Part shown: positions 9,603 to 19,441 of the stretch, piece after piece
Numbering within the stretch: the first letter of the stretch is position 1
How the letters are laid out: each line of letters starts with the position of its first letter
Assembly (NCBI GenBank): GCA_963815115.1
Contig: CAWFFN010000005.1
Location: 1,696,001-1,760,000 of the forward strand
Origin: an uncultured delta proteobacterium
GTDB taxonomy: Bacteria > Desulfobacterota > Binatia > DP-6
Direction of reading: 5' to 3'
DNA: 64,000 nucleotides
Position numbers and translations under genes: made by a program
The notes under the pieces: model-generated
The model's input: only the letters and a program-made list of their open reading frames with translations
Told to the model about the DNA's origin: nothing
Database searches by the model: none

Positions 9603-11048
9603 ATGAAGCTCGCAGCCAAGCTGTTGCTCAGCCTCGCGGGGCTCGCGCTGGTGGCCATCGCGATTACGGGGTGGGTCGAGCACCGGCGGCGCGCCGAGCT
9701 CCTCGCCCTCGACATCGATCAGGACCAGCGGATCGGCCACGTCCTGCAGGAGAGCATCTCCGCCCTGTGCGCGGACGCCGGCGTCGACGTCTGCCGGGGG
9801 TTCGTCGAATCCCTCAACGAGGCCGCGCCGCTACGGGACGTCCAGTGGCTCTGGCTGCGTGACATTTCCGACCCGGAGCTGCGGCACGACATCGAAGCCG
9901 TGGATCCGCACGACCCCGACCTCGGCCGGCGGGTGGTGTGGCGCATCCGGACCGAGGAGCCCGGGAAGGAGGTCCGCTACCTCTACGCCCCGCTGAGGCT
10001 CGCGGGAGCGTCCCCGGCGGTCATCGAGATCTCGGAATCGCTCGCGCCGCACTACGCGTTCATCCGGCGCACCGACATGCACACCGCTGCCCTCGGAGCA
10101 ACGGTTCTGTTCCTGAGCAGCGCCCTGGCCGTGATCCTCGGCGCCTGGCTCATCGGCCGGCCGGTGCACTTGCTCACCGACACGGTGCGCGCACTCGGGA
10201 ACGGCGGGCCCGTGCCGCACGTGGTCCTCAGCGGCCGCGACGAGCTCGCCGATCTGGCGACCGAGCTGAACGCCGTCGGTGTGCGCCTCGCCGCACGGGA
10301 GCGATTGCAGCACGCCGACCGGCTGCGGACGATCGGGCATCTCGCCTCTGGCGTGGCCCACGAGCTCGGGACGCCGCTCAGCGTGATCGGCGTGCGCGCC
10401 CGGTTGATCGCCACCGGCGAGGCGGCCGGCGCCGAGGCGGAGGAGAACGCGAAGGTCATCCTGGACCAGTCCTCGCGCATGACGACGCTCGTTCGCCAGC
10501 TGCTGGATTACTCCCGCCGGCAGGGGGCGCAGATGGGTCTCGTCGACCTCCGCCAGGTGGTGACCGGCGCCCTCGGTATCCTCGAGCCGCTGGCCGACCA
10601 GCACGACGTGCGCCTCGAGGCCGACCTGCCCGAGCACGCGCTCTTCGTGCGCGCGGACCAGACGCAGCTTCAGCAGGTCGTGACCAACGTCGCGATGAAC
10701 GGCATCCAGGCGATGCCACGCGGGGGACGGCTGAGGGTCGAGCTCGGGCGGGGCCCCGGGGAGAACCCGGCGTCGCACGGCGGGCGGCCGGCCGAGTCGT
10801 ACTGGGTCCGGGTGACCGACGAGGGGCCGGGCATCGCGCCCGAGCACCTGGCGCACGTCTTCGATCCGTTCTTCACGACCAAGCCGGTGGGCGAGGGAAC
10901 GGGCCTCGGCCTCGCCGTGGTGACCGCCATCCTGCAGGAGCACGGCGGCTGGGTGACGGTGGCGAACGAGCCGGGACGAGGGGCGTCGTTCACCGTCTTT
11001 CTTCCGCCGGGGCGTGAAGAGGCCTTGCTCGAGAGGCTCGCGTCGTGA
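9603..11048 (+). CDS. HAMP-domain sensor histidine kinase (NtrB-like)
   Basis: Two TM helices, GVAHELGTPL H-box, FDPFFTTKPVGEGTGLGL. Confidence 0.92.
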   Translation: MKLAAKLLLSLAGLALVAIAITGWVEHRRRAELLALDIDQDQRIGHVLQESISALCADAGVDVCRGFVESLNEAAPLRDVQWLWLRDISDPELRHDIEAVDPHDPDLGRRVVWRIRTEEPGKEVRYLYAPLRLAGASPAVIEISESLAPHYAFIRRTDMHTAALGATVLFLSSALAVILGAWLIGRPVHLLTDTVRALGNGGPVPHVVLSGRDELADLATELNAVGVRLAARERLQHADRLRTIGHLASGVAHELGTPLSVIGVRARLIATGEAAGAEAEENAKVILDQSSRMTTLVRQLLDYSRRQGAQMGLVDLRQVVTGALGILEPLADQHDVRLEADLPEHALFVRADQTQLQQVVTNVAMNGIQAMPRGGRLRVELGRGPGENPASHGGRPAESYWVRVTDEGPGIAPEHLAHVFDPFFTTKPVGEGTGLGLAVVTAILQEHGGWVTVANEPGRGASFTVFLPPGREEALLERLAS

Positions 11049-12418
11049 CCGGCCGCGTGCTGCTCGTCGACGACGACCGCAGCATGTGCGAGACGCTGGA
11101 CACGGCGCTCGGCAAGCGAGGCTTCTCGGTCACCTGGCGCACCGCCGCCGCGGAGGCGCTGCACGTCCTGCGCGACGACGACGTCGACGTGGTGGTCACC
11201 GATCTGCGCCTGGGGGGGATGAACGGCCTCGAGCTGTGCGAGCAGATCGTCGGCAGCCGCCCCGATGTGCCTGCCATCGTGATCACGGCCTTCGGCACGC
11301 TCGAGACGGCGATTGCCGCCATCCGCGCGGGGGCCTACGACTTCATCACCAAGCCGATCGAGATCGACGCCCTCGTCGTCGCGCTCGAGCGCGCCGTCCA
11401 GCACCGCCGGCTGCGCGAGGAGGTGCAGCAGCTCCGCCGCGTCGTCGAGGAGTCGACCCGCTTCGGGAACCTGATCGGCACGAGCGCGGCGATGTCGGCC
11501 ATCTACGACCTGCTCGGACGCATCGCCGACTCGAGCGCCACGGTGCTCATCACCGGAGAGAGCGGCACCGGCAAAGAGGTCGCCGCCCGCGCCCTGCACG
11601 AGCGCGGTCCGCGCAAGGGCAAGCCGTTCGTGGCGCTCAACTGCTCGGCGGTCCCCGAGGCGCTGCTGGAGAGCGAGCTCTTCGGCCATGCCCGCGGCGC
11701 CTTCACCGATGCCCGCGCCTCGCGCGCAGGACTTCTCCTGCAGGCGCACGGCGGCACGATGCTGCTCGACGAGATCGGCGACATGCCCCTCGCGCTCCAA
11801 CCCAAGCTCCTGCGCGCGCTCCAGGAGCGCACGCTGCGTCCGGTGGGCGGCGACGAGGAGCAGTCCTTCGACGTGCGCGTGATCGCCACCACCAACCGCG
11901 ATCTGCGCTCGCTCGTCGAGGAGAACCGCTTCCGTGAGGATCTCTACTTCCGCATCAACGTGATCCACGTCGAGCTGCCGCCGCTGCGCGCCCGAGGCGG
12001 TGACGTGTTGCCGCTGGCCCAGCACTTCCTGGACGTGCACGCGGCGCGGGCGCGCAAGCGGGTGACCGGCCTCGCCCCCGCTGCGGCCGAAAAGCTCCTC
12101 GCCTACAGCTGGCCGGGCAACGTGCGCGAGCTCCAGAACTGCATCGAGCGCGCCATCGCGCTCACCCAGCACGCCCAGATCACGGTGGCGGACCTGCCGG
12201 ACACGGTCCGGGCGTACAAGCGCTCGCACCTGCTGATCGCCACCGACGATCCCTCGGAGCTGGTCCCGCTCGCCGAGATCGAGCGGCGCTACGTGCTGCG
12301 GGTCCTGGAGTCCGTCGGCGGCAACAAGACGCTGGCGGCGCACACGCTCGGCGTCACCCGCAAGACCCTCTATCGCAAGCTCGAGGAGTACGGCGCCTCC
12401 GAGGCGAAGGAGACGTAG
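11045..12418 (+). CDS. Sigma54-dependent response regulator (NtrC/AtoC family enhancer-binding protein)
   Basis: Receiver domain, GESGTGKE Walker A, ESELFGH-GAFTDA, WPGNVRELQN, C-terminal Fis HTH; 4-bp overlap with kinase. Confidence 0.94.
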   Translation: MTGRVLLVDDDRSMCETLDTALGKRGFSVTWRTAAAEALHVLRDDDVDVVVTDLRLGGMNGLELCEQIVGSRPDVPAIVITAFGTLETAIAAIRAGAYDFITKPIEIDALVVALERAVQHRRLREEVQQLRRVVEESTRFGNLIGTSAAMSAIYDLLGRIADSSATVLITGESGTGKEVAARALHERGPRKGKPFVALNCSAVPEALLESELFGHARGAFTDARASRAGLLLQAHGGTMLLDEIGDMPLALQPKLLRALQERTLRPVGGDEEQSFDVRVIATTNRDLRSLVEENRFREDLYFRINVIHVELPPLRARGGDVLPLAQHFLDVHAARARKRVTGLAPAAAEKLLAYSWPGNVRELQNCIERAIALTQHAQITVADLPDTVRAYKRSHLLIATDDPSELVPLAEIERRYVLRVLESVGGNKTLAAHTLGVTRKTLYRKLEEYGASEAKET

Positions 12419-12430
12419 CCCTCCGAGGAC

Positions 12431-13081
12431 TCAGCCGGCCGAGCCGATCGTCGCGGCCAGCGGGTGCAGGCTGCCCGCCGCACTCGGCCGCGCGCCGACA
12501 CGGTCGAACCAGGCGGACACGTTCGAGAGCTCGGCGGCGAGCGGCTGGCCGACCCCGCGGCCGAAGTCGACGGCGCAGTACAGGATGATGTCGGCGATCG
12601 TGAAGCGCGAGCCCGCGATCCAGGGCTTGCCGGCCATCTGCGGCTCGAGCCAGGCGAGGTTGTCCTGCACGGTCGCCTTGAGGCCCGCGGCTGCCTCGGG
12701 CAGGACGCGGAGGCGCGGGCGGAAGAGCTCGATCCCCTCGGCGAAGCGGAAGCCGTTGTAGAGGTGCTCCGTGATGCGGAGCTCGACCCGCCGCTGCCAG
12801 CAGCGCGTGTCGGCGCGCTCCTCGGGCGTGGAGCCGACGAGCGGCGGCTTCGGGAACCGCTCCTCGAGATACTCGAAGATGGCGACCGTCTCCCCGATGA
12901 CGCGGCCGTCGTCCAGCTCGAGGGCCGGCAGCTGTCCGCCCGGGTTGCGATCGGTGTAGGGCGGTCGGCGGTTCTCCATCCCCAGCAGGTCGATCTCCAG
13001 CCTGGGAAGCTCGACGTCCTTCTCGAGGAGAAACATCCGGAGCGCCCGGGGGTTCGGGCCGAAGGAGTCGTAGATCTTCAT
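12431..13081 (-). CDS. Glutathione S-transferase family protein
   Basis: MKIYDSFGPNPR, NPGGQLPALELDDG, ETVAIFEYLEE, FTIADI. Confidence 0.9.
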   Translation of the reverse strand: MKIYDSFGPNPRALRMFLLEKDVELPRLEIDLLGMENRRPPYTDRNPGGQLPALELDDGRVIGETVAIFEYLEERFPKPPLVGSTPEERADTRCWQRRVELRITEHLYNGFRFAEGIELFRPRLRVLPEAAAGLKATVQDNLAWLEPQMAGKPWIAGSRFTIADIILYCAVDFGRGVGQPLAAELSNVSAWFDRVGARPSAAGSLHPLAATIGSAG

Positions 13082-13337
13082 CGCCGGGCGTAGGTATACC
13101 CTGGGACACGGGTAGGGAAGCGGCTCCGGCCCGTGGCTGCGGGGGGAGTGCGGGAAGTGCACGCGGGGCTGCGGAGGTGGGGACCAACCGGGGGCGGGTA
13201 ACGTTTCTACCTCCGTTTCCTTGCTACCCGTGTTTCCTTGCGATACGGCGCCTCAAGTATCCGGTTCTCCAAGGCTTTTGCCGGGATCCCCGGTGCTGAT
13301 CCGCCCCCTCCGGAACGCCCCGAGAGCCGGACGAGCG

Positions 13338-13357
13338 CGAAAAGTCGACACTTTTCG
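13338..13357. promoter_or_regulatory. 8-4-8 inverted repeat CGAAAAGT-cgac-ACTTTTCG, candidate regulator site
   Basis: Perfect 8-bp arms, AT-rich against GC background, immediately upstream of a sigma54-like -24/-12 element. Confidence 0.5.
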
Positions 13358-13358
13358 T

Positions 13359-13374
13359 CGGCATGCGGCGTGCA
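13359..13374 (+). promoter_or_regulatory. Putative sigma54 -24/-12 promoter
   Basis: CGGCATGCGGCGTGCA: GG(13360-61)-N10-GC(13372-73), close to TGGCACGnnnnTTGC. Confidence 0.55.
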
Positions 13375-13543
13375 GCAGTGAGGTCGTGCAGCGAGCGTCG
13401 GTGGCGACTCCACGGCAAGCCACCTCGCGGTTCACGGCCCGCATCCCACCCCACCATCGGTCGTCGCTTCCCCAGCGCGACCGGGCCGGGAGCGCCGCCG
13501 ACCTCGCCGCAAGCCACTCGCACATAGCTGTTTTGGAGGGAGA

Positions 13544-13735
13544 ATGACCGAGATGAACGAAGCCTGGGTCCAGCTTGCCACGCGCATCCCGCGGCGGCTG
13601 CACCGGGAGATGAAGCTGCACTGCGTCGCGCGCGAGGTCTCGTTGATGGCCTTCGTCGTCGACGCGCTGCGCGAGAAGCTGCAGTCCGCGGGCGAGGGAG
13701 CCACCGGCACCCGTCGCGGCCGCCACGCTTCCTAG
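13544..13735 (+). CDS. Small ribbon-helix-helix-type DNA-binding protein (63 aa)
   Basis: GGAGGG RBS; WVQLATRIP strand, [12 protein letters not shown] helix, [14 protein letters not shown] helix fits the Arc/MetJ/CopG pattern. Confidence 0.72.
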   Translation: MTEMNEAWVQLATRIPRRLHREMKLHCVAREVSLMAFVVDALREKLQSAGEGATGTRRGRHAS

Positions 13736-13753
13736 GGGAACACGGAACGGGGA

Positions 13754-13775
13754 GGCGGGCCCATGTGGGCCCGCC
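13754..13775. other. GC-rich stem-loop between RHH gene and sigma gene
   Basis: GGCGGGCCCA-tg-TGGGCCCGCC, 10-bp perfect arms; no U-tract. Confidence 0.5.
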
Positions 13776-13842
13776 ATCGGCGGCGCTTCGGGAGCCCGGT
13801 AGCCACCGAGAGAGACAACGAGGCTCCCGCGGGGGATCTGTC

Positions 13843-15270
13843 GTGTATCTTGGCAACGATGTGCTCGGGCCGCGCCGCGTCGCCGCGGCCCGGTCAGCGG
13901 TCGCGCAGACCAGCGTGGAGGCGGGCGAGAATCGGCGTTCTGCCGCGAAGCCGGATGCGGAACGTTTCTACCTGCGGCAGATCGCTCGCTCGACGCTGCT
14001 CACGCGCGAGGGTGAGGTGGCGCTGGGCACGCAGATCGAGGAGGGCGAGCGGGAGATCGCTGCCTCCGTCCTCGCGTCCGCACTCGGGGTCCGCCACGTT
14101 CTCGAGTTCGACGCCCGCCTGCAGGCCGGGGACCTGCGGGCGCGCGACCTCGTGCGGCCCGGGGCCGACGAGCGTGACGAAGAGGAGACCGTTCGTCGTC
14201 GCCTGCTCGCCGCACTCACCCGCGTGCGAGCGCTGGCGGGAGCGCGGGGCCGGAGCGTCCGCGACGATTCGCGCTTGCACGCCGCGCTGCTCGCGCTCGA
14301 CCTGGGACCACGACCGATCGAGGAGATCGTGCGCCAGCTGGCCGCGCTCGTCGCGCGCCAGCAGGAGCTCCGCGCCCGGCTCACGGGGCTGCGCGGCGCC
14401 TCCGATTCCGATTCCGTTCGTGCCGTGCGCGACGCTCGCCGGGAGCTCGTTCTGCTCCAGCGCGAGGCCGGGATGCCCCCGGTCGCCTGCGAGCGGGCCC
14501 TGCGCGCCGTTCGTGAGGCACGGCAGCGTGTCGAGACGGCCAAGCGCGTCCTGATCGAGTCCAACCTGCGGCTGGTCGCCGCCATCGCCCGCCGCTATCG
14601 CAACCGCGGGCTCGAGCTTGCGGACCTGATCCAGGAGGGCAACCTGGGCCTGATGCGCGCGGTGGAGCGCTTCGACTACCGGCGCGGGTATCGCTTCTCG
14701 ACCTGCGCGAAGTGGTGGATCCGCAAGGCCATCACGTACGCCATCGCCGACCGCGCGCGCACCATCCGCATCCCGGTCGACGTGGTCGCGGCGCTCGACA
14801 AGACGAAGCTGACCGCGCGGCGCCTGACCCATCAGCTCGGCCGCGAACCCACGGCCGAGGAGCTCGCGGAGCGCCTGCGCATCCCGCCCGAGCGGGTCGA
14901 GCGCCTGCTGCGCCTGGGGGCCGCCGTGGCGCGCGACCCCATCTCGTTCGAGACCGCCGCGGGCGACGACGACGACCGCACGCTCGGCGAGACGATCGAG
15001 GACCTCGCGGCCGAGGATCCGGCCGACGTGGTCGTCGCCCGCCGGATGCGTCACGAGGCGCGCGTCGCCCTGGCCCAGCTCGAGCCGCGCGAGCTGCGCG
15101 TCCTCCGGATGCGCTTCGGCATCGGCGAGCGCTGGGATCACACCCTGGAGGAGATCGGGGGCAGCCTCTCCGTCACGCGGGAGCGCGTGCGCCAGATCGA
15201 GGCCAGGGCCCTCGCGAAGCTGCGTCAGTCTCCCGCCGTCGACACGCTCCGCTCCTGCTACGACGCTTGA
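13843..15270 (+). CDS. RpoD/SigA-like RNA polymerase sigma-70 factor, divergent paralog lacking region 1.1 (start may be 13765)
   Basis: Region 1.2 [17 protein letters not shown], region 2 ESNLRLV...[26 protein letters not shown], region 4 TLEEIG...[14 protein letters not shown]; GGGGGA RBS before GTG 13843. Confidence 0.9.
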   Translation: MYLGNDVLGPRRVAAARSAVAQTSVEAGENRRSAAKPDAERFYLRQIARSTLLTREGEVALGTQIEEGEREIAASVLASALGVRHVLEFDARLQAGDLRARDLVRPGADERDEEETVRRRLLAALTRVRALAGARGRSVRDDSRLHAALLALDLGPRPIEEIVRQLAALVARQQELRARLTGLRGASDSDSVRAVRDARRELVLLQREAGMPPVACERALRAVREARQRVETAKRVLIESNLRLVAAIARRYRNRGLELADLIQEGNLGLMRAVERFDYRRGYRFSTCAKWWIRKAITYAIADRARTIRIPVDVVAALDKTKLTARRLTHQLGREPTAEELAERLRIPPERVERLLRLGAAVARDPISFETAAGDDDDRTLGETIEDLAAEDPADVVVARRMRHEARVALAQLEPRELRVLRMRFGIGERWDHTLEEIGGSLSVTRERVRQIEARALAKLRQSPAVDTLRSCYDA

Positions 15271-15283
15271 GCCGCGCGACCCG

Positions 15284-16702
15284 TCACGACATCGGCTCGC
15301 CCAGCAGTCCCGAGCTGAAGGTCCAGTCGATGTCGTAGGTGACCTGGAAGGCGAACAGGTCGGCGGCCGATTGGAAGTTGCCGATCAGCTTGGCGCCCGT
15401 GATCGGGTCCGGGTTCCTGGTGGAGACTTGCGGCGAGAAGATGTGGGCATACGAGGCGTCGATGCGCAGCCGCGTCGTCGGCCGGTAGCCGACCCCGAAG
15501 GCGAGCCAGATACGATCGCCGTCGGGGATGCGCGCCGTGCGGTGCTCGCGGTCCGGGACCCCGGTGAAGTCGTACGCCGTCCCGAACCGCCCGGTCCACA
15601 CCTTGCTGGGAGTCCACACCACGCCGAGACCGTAGCGCTCGCTGTTGTTCCAGTCCTCGGGCTCGGTCACCGACGGCTGCTTCGGGTTCGCGAAGTTGAA
15701 CTCGAGTTGCTTGAACAGCGACCAGTGCGTCCAGGTGAAGTCGGCGAGGAACGCCCAGTCGTCGAAGACCTGTTGGTAGAGCGAGATCGACGCCCGATCG
15801 GGCAAGGTGGCGGTCACCGAGAGCGGCGTGTTGACGAGTGCGCCCGAGAGCTTCTGGAGAGACTGGGCCTTCTTCGGGATGCGGAAGTCCGCGTCGCCCT
15901 CGACGGTGTGCTCCATCCGCGACCGGTAGGTGAGGCCGATGCGCGTGCTCGACGTCGGCCGCAAGAGGGCGCCGAAGTTGTATCCCGCCGCCCAGCTGTT
16001 GCCCTTCAAGCTGACGTAGCCGTCGACCTTCTGGGGCTGGAGGCCGAGGAGCGAGGTGCACGCGGAAGGCGGCAGGCCCGCCTGGCCGCCGAGAATCTGG
16101 CAGATGGAGCCCATGTCGAGGTTGTTGGTCAGCGTCGCGTTGAGATACTCGGCGTTGGCGCCGCCCCCGAGGGAGAGCCAGTCGGTCACGCGCACGGCGA
16201 GCGAGGGGTTGAAGTTGAACGTCTGGAGCTGTGAGAAACGGGCGTGATAGCGGCCGACCCACCCGCGCGGCCAGCCCGTCTGCAGGCCGAACGGCGTGCT
16301 GATGCCGAGGCCGAGACCGACCCGGTCGGTGAGGCGGTGGGAGATGAAGAAGCTGGAAAGGGGCTGCGCGTTGCCGGCGTCGCCGCCGTTGCCCCCGGTC
16401 AGCGGCGCGCCGCCGACGGCTTCACTCAGGTGCGAGCCGCGGTTCTCGAAGGACGACCGCGTCCATACGAGGAATCCGGAGGTGGCGATCTGCGTACCCT
16501 CGAGGAGGGTGAGGCCGGCCGGGTTGTAGAAGATGGTGCTGGCGTCGGCGGCGATGGCTCCCTCTCCGGCGTAGGCACTTCCCAGGGCGCGGCCGCTCTG
16601 CTCCAGGAGCAGGAAGCCGGAGGCATGGGCCCCGGGCGGCGCGGCCAGGCCGACGAGCAGCACGGCGAGCGACCAGGCGACTGCGGCGAGCATCCGAGCC
16701 AT
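15284..16702 (-). CDS. OmpP1/FadL/TodX outer-membrane long-chain fatty acid/hydrocarbon transporter
   Basis: Signal peptide then [46 protein letters not shown]. Confidence 0.92.
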   Translation of the reverse strand: MARMLAAVAWSLAVLLVGLAAPPGAHASGFLLLEQSGRALGSAYAGEGAIAADASTIFYNPAGLTLLEGTQIATSGFLVWTRSSFENRGSHLSEAVGGAPLTGGNGGDAGNAQPLSSFFISHRLTDRVGLGLGISTPFGLQTGWPRGWVGRYHARFSQLQTFNFNPSLAVRVTDWLSLGGGANAEYLNATLTNNLDMGSICQILGGQAGLPPSACTSLLGLQPQKVDGYVSLKGNSWAAGYNFGALLRPTSSTRIGLTYRSRMEHTVEGDADFRIPKKAQSLQKLSGALVNTPLSVTATLPDRASISLYQQVFDDWAFLADFTWTHWSLFKQLEFNFANPKQPSVTEPEDWNNSERYGLGVVWTPSKVWTGRFGTAYDFTGVPDREHRTARIPDGDRIWLAFGVGYRPTTRLRIDASYAHIFSPQVSTRNPDPITGAKLIGNFQSAADLFAFQVTYDIDWTFSSGLLGEPMS

Positions 16703-16743
16703 CGTGATCCTCCTCCCCCCCGGGGCGCGGTCGCCCCGCGGCG

Positions 16744-17133
16744 TCAACGCAGCGCGAGACTGTAGGTCAGCACGAGCAGCACGAAAGCGGTGAACCCGGT
16801 GTACTTCCAGTCGTGTTCCACGAAGGCGAAGAAGAGCATCGAGGCGAGCACGCGCAGGTACGGCGTGAGCAGCAGCGCGACGATCCCCAGGCTGACGAGG
16901 AGCCGCGGGCGGATGGCGCCCCGCGCGAAGGCCCGCAGATCGGCCCCGAGTAGCTGGACGACGTCGTGGCCCGCGAGGGTCTGGTCGAGCATCGTGGTCC
17001 CCGTGGCCAGCCGGTGCCATATCAGCCCGGTGATGATCAAGCCGAGGCTCGTCAGCACGCCGCCCAGGAGAAGCGCGCCGACGAGGGCGTCCATCTGATC
17101 GGCTGCCGCGGCCGTCGCACGCGTGCCGGTCAT
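16744..17133 (-). CDS. DUF1634-type membrane protein
   Basis: LGIVALLLTPYLRVLASM...EHDWKY motif; coupled to upstream TauE gene. Confidence 0.8.
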   Translation of the reverse strand: MTGTRATAAAADQMDALVGALLLGGVLTSLGLIITGLIWHRLATGTTMLDQTLAGHDVVQLLGADLRAFARGAIRPRLLVSLGIVALLLTPYLRVLASMLFFAFVEHDWKYTGFTAFVLLVLTYSLALR

Positions 17134-17960
17134 CCCTGGGCCCGCAGGCCCCGCACGATCATCTCCGCGCCGAGCACGAGGAGGACCACGCGGAAGACGC
17201 GGTGGACGGTCTCGTTGCTGACGCGCAGCAGGATGCGCGTGCCGGCGAAGGCCCCGAGGGTCACCCCCACGATCACCGGCGCCGCGAGGTTGACGTCGAT
17301 CATGCCGGCGGCCAGGTAGACGCTGGTGCCCGCCAGGGCGGTGACGCCGATGATCAGGTTGCTGGTGGTGGTCGAGACCTTGGGCGGCAGACCCATGACG
17401 AGGTCGTGGATCAGGACCTTGAGCGCCCCCGCCCCGATGCCGAGCAAGCCCGCGACCAGCCCGGCGACGAACATCAGCGGTCCCCCGATTCCGGCGCGCG
17501 TGGCGCGATAGGCGATCGTGCGGCGGCTCGCCCGGTCGTCGTACTGCCCCTCGAGCTCGAGCCAGCGCGAGAAACGGTCCTGCGAGGCGGGCGGCTGCCA
17601 CGGCCTGCCGCGCTGCATCCAGAGCGCCAGCCACGACGCGAGCAGCACCAGTCCGAAGAGGAAGAAGAGGGGCCGCGCGCTCGACGCCACGGTGAGCGAG
17701 GCGCCGACGATGGCCCCGACGATGGTGAACATCTCGAGGAACATGCCCACGCGCAGGTTGGTGACGTGATCGCGCACGTAGGCCGAGGCGGCGCCGGTGG
17801 AGGTGGCGATCACCGAGATCGTGCTCACCGCGATGGCCCGCTTGATGTCCTCGCCCGCGAGGGTGAGCGCCGGGATGAGGACGATCCCGCCGCCCATACC
17901 GGCGAGCGCGCCGACCAGGCCGGCGACGAACGATAGCAGCAGGAGCGGGCCCAGGGTCAC
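17130..17960 (-). CDS. TauE/SafE family sulfite exporter
   Basis: GALAGMGGGIVLIP, SVIATSTGAA, GLLGIGAG, PKVSTTTSN motifs; start trimmed to GTG 17960. Confidence 0.88.
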   Translation of the reverse strand: MTLGPLLLLSFVAGLVGALAGMGGGIVLIPALTLAGEDIKRAIAVSTISVIATSTGAASAYVRDHVTNLRVGMFLEMFTIVGAIVGASLTVASSARPLFFLFGLVLLASWLALWMQRGRPWQPPASQDRFSRWLELEGQYDDRASRRTIAYRATRAGIGGPLMFVAGLVAGLLGIGAGALKVLIHDLVMGLPPKVSTTTSNLIIGVTALAGTSVYLAAGMIDVNLAAPVIVGVTLGAFAGTRILLRVSNETVHRVFRVVLLVLGAEMIVRGLRAQG

Positions 17961-18037
17961 GCGCAACGACTCCGGCGAATCGACGCCGCGGAGCGTAGCC
18001 GCAAGCGAGGCGGGAAGGAAGTGCCCCTGAAAAAAAG

Positions 18038-19366
18038 GGCTCTTCCGGGGTTCGTGTGGGTAGCATGACCGGCTGAGCGTGGTTTTGGTATCGTCCCGGG
18101 GCCAGCCGGGGGAGGAGGCGGGGACGATGCGGGACCACGAACTGTACGCGACGATCTTGGGGCTCACGGCGCCGTGGACGGTGGAGCGGGTTGAGGTCGA
18201 CGTCCCGGGTGGCGCTGTGCACGTGTGGTTGGCCCGCACGGGGGACGCGGCGGCGCAGTGTCCGGAGTGCCAGACCGCCTGCCCCATCTACGACCATCGC
18301 GAGCGGGAATGGCGGCATCTCGACACCTGCCAGCTGCAGACCCGGCTCCATGCCCGCGTCCCCCGCCTGGCCTGTCCAACCCACGGTGTGGTGCAGAGCG
18401 CCGTCCCGTGGGCGACCCCGGGCTCGAAGTTCACGCTGCTCTTCGAGCGGCTGGCGATCGACTGGCTCCGCGAGGCGGCGGTCGCCGCGGTCGCGCGCCA
18501 GCTCAAGCTGGGGTGGGACGCGGTCTGGGGCATCGAGCGCCGGGCGGTGGCGCGGGGGCTGGCGCGGCGCGGCACACTCGAGCTGCGGTACGTCGGCGTG
18601 GACGAGAAGGCCTTCCAACGCCGGTACGAGTTCGTGACGGTCGTGAGCGACCTCGAGGGCGCCCGCGTCCTGTACGTCGCCGACGACCGCAAGCAGGAGA
18701 GCCTCGAAGCGTTCTGGGCCCTGGGGCTCACCGAGGCCCAGCGGGGCGCCATCGCGGCGATCGCGATGGACATGTGGGCGCCGTACGTGCAGGCGACCCG
18801 CGCCCGCATCCCCGATGCCGACCGGAAGATCGTCTTCGATCGCTTTCACTGCGCGAAGCATCTCAACGAGGGGGTCGATCGCGTCCGACGCGCCGAGCAG
18901 CGCGAGCTCCGCGCGCAGGGAGACACTCGGCTCACCGGCACGAAGTACACGTGGCTGCGGCATCCCGATCGCTTCAGTCGAGAGGCGTGGCGCGCGTTCA
19001 GGGCGTTACGCACCAGCACCCTCAAGGTGGCGCGCGCCTGGGCGCTGAAGGAGGCCGCGGCCGACCTGTGGGAGTATCGGTACGTCGGCGCGGCCCGTAC
19101 CTTCTTCCGCCGGTGGTACTTCTGGGCGACGCACTCGCGCCTCGCACCGATGATCGAGAAAGCGCGGATGCTCAAGACCCACCTGCAGAACATCCTCACC
19201 TACCTGAAGCACCGCATCACGAATGCCACGGCCGAGGGCCTGAACTCCAAGATCCAGTGGCTCCGGTACACGGCCCGCGGCTACCGCAACCGCGAGCACT
19301 TCAAGACGGCGATCTACTTCCACTGCGGCGGCCTCGACCTCTACCCACACTGAAGCCGGAAGAACC
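18038..19366 (+). mobile_element. Complete ISL3-family insertion sequence (1329 bp)
   Basis: Terminal IRs GGCTCTTCCGGGGTTCGTGTGGGTAG and (revcomp) GGTTCTTCCGGCTTCAGTGTGGGTAG match 21/26; 8-bp target duplication AAAAAAAG at 18030-18037 and 19367-19374. Confidence 0.95.
18127..19353 (+). CDS. ISL3 family transposase
   Basis: CPEC zinc finger, WRHLD, GVDEKA, AMDMWAPY, FDRFH, TNATAEGLNSKIQ, ARGYRN; GGAGGAGG RBS. Confidence 0.96.
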   Translation: MRDHELYATILGLTAPWTVERVEVDVPGGAVHVWLARTGDAAAQCPECQTACPIYDHREREWRHLDTCQLQTRLHARVPRLACPTHGVVQSAVPWATPGSKFTLLFERLAIDWLREAAVAAVARQLKLGWDAVWGIERRAVARGLARRGTLELRYVGVDEKAFQRRYEFVTVVSDLEGARVLYVADDRKQESLEAFWALGLTEAQRGAIAAIAMDMWAPYVQATRARIPDADRKIVFDRFHCAKHLNEGVDRVRRAEQRELRAQGDTRLTGTKYTWLRHPDRFSREAWRAFRALRTSTLKVARAWALKEAAADLWEYRYVGAARTFFRRWYFWATHSRLAPMIEKARMLKTHLQNILTYLKHRITNATAEGLNSKIQWLRYTARGYRNREHFKTAIYFHCGGLDLYPH

Positions 19367-19406
19367 AAAAAAAGAAAGCGGGGGTGGCCGCGTGGACCAC
19401 CCCCGC
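19367..19406 (-). terminator. Rho-independent terminator of degP
   Basis: 10-bp stem GCGGGGGTGG/CCACCCCCGC (19378-87/19397-406) followed on the minus strand by TTTCTTTTTTT. Confidence 0.8.
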
Positions 19407-19441
19407 AGCACGGGCCAAGGGAGGATGAGGCCCGGCTCGAC

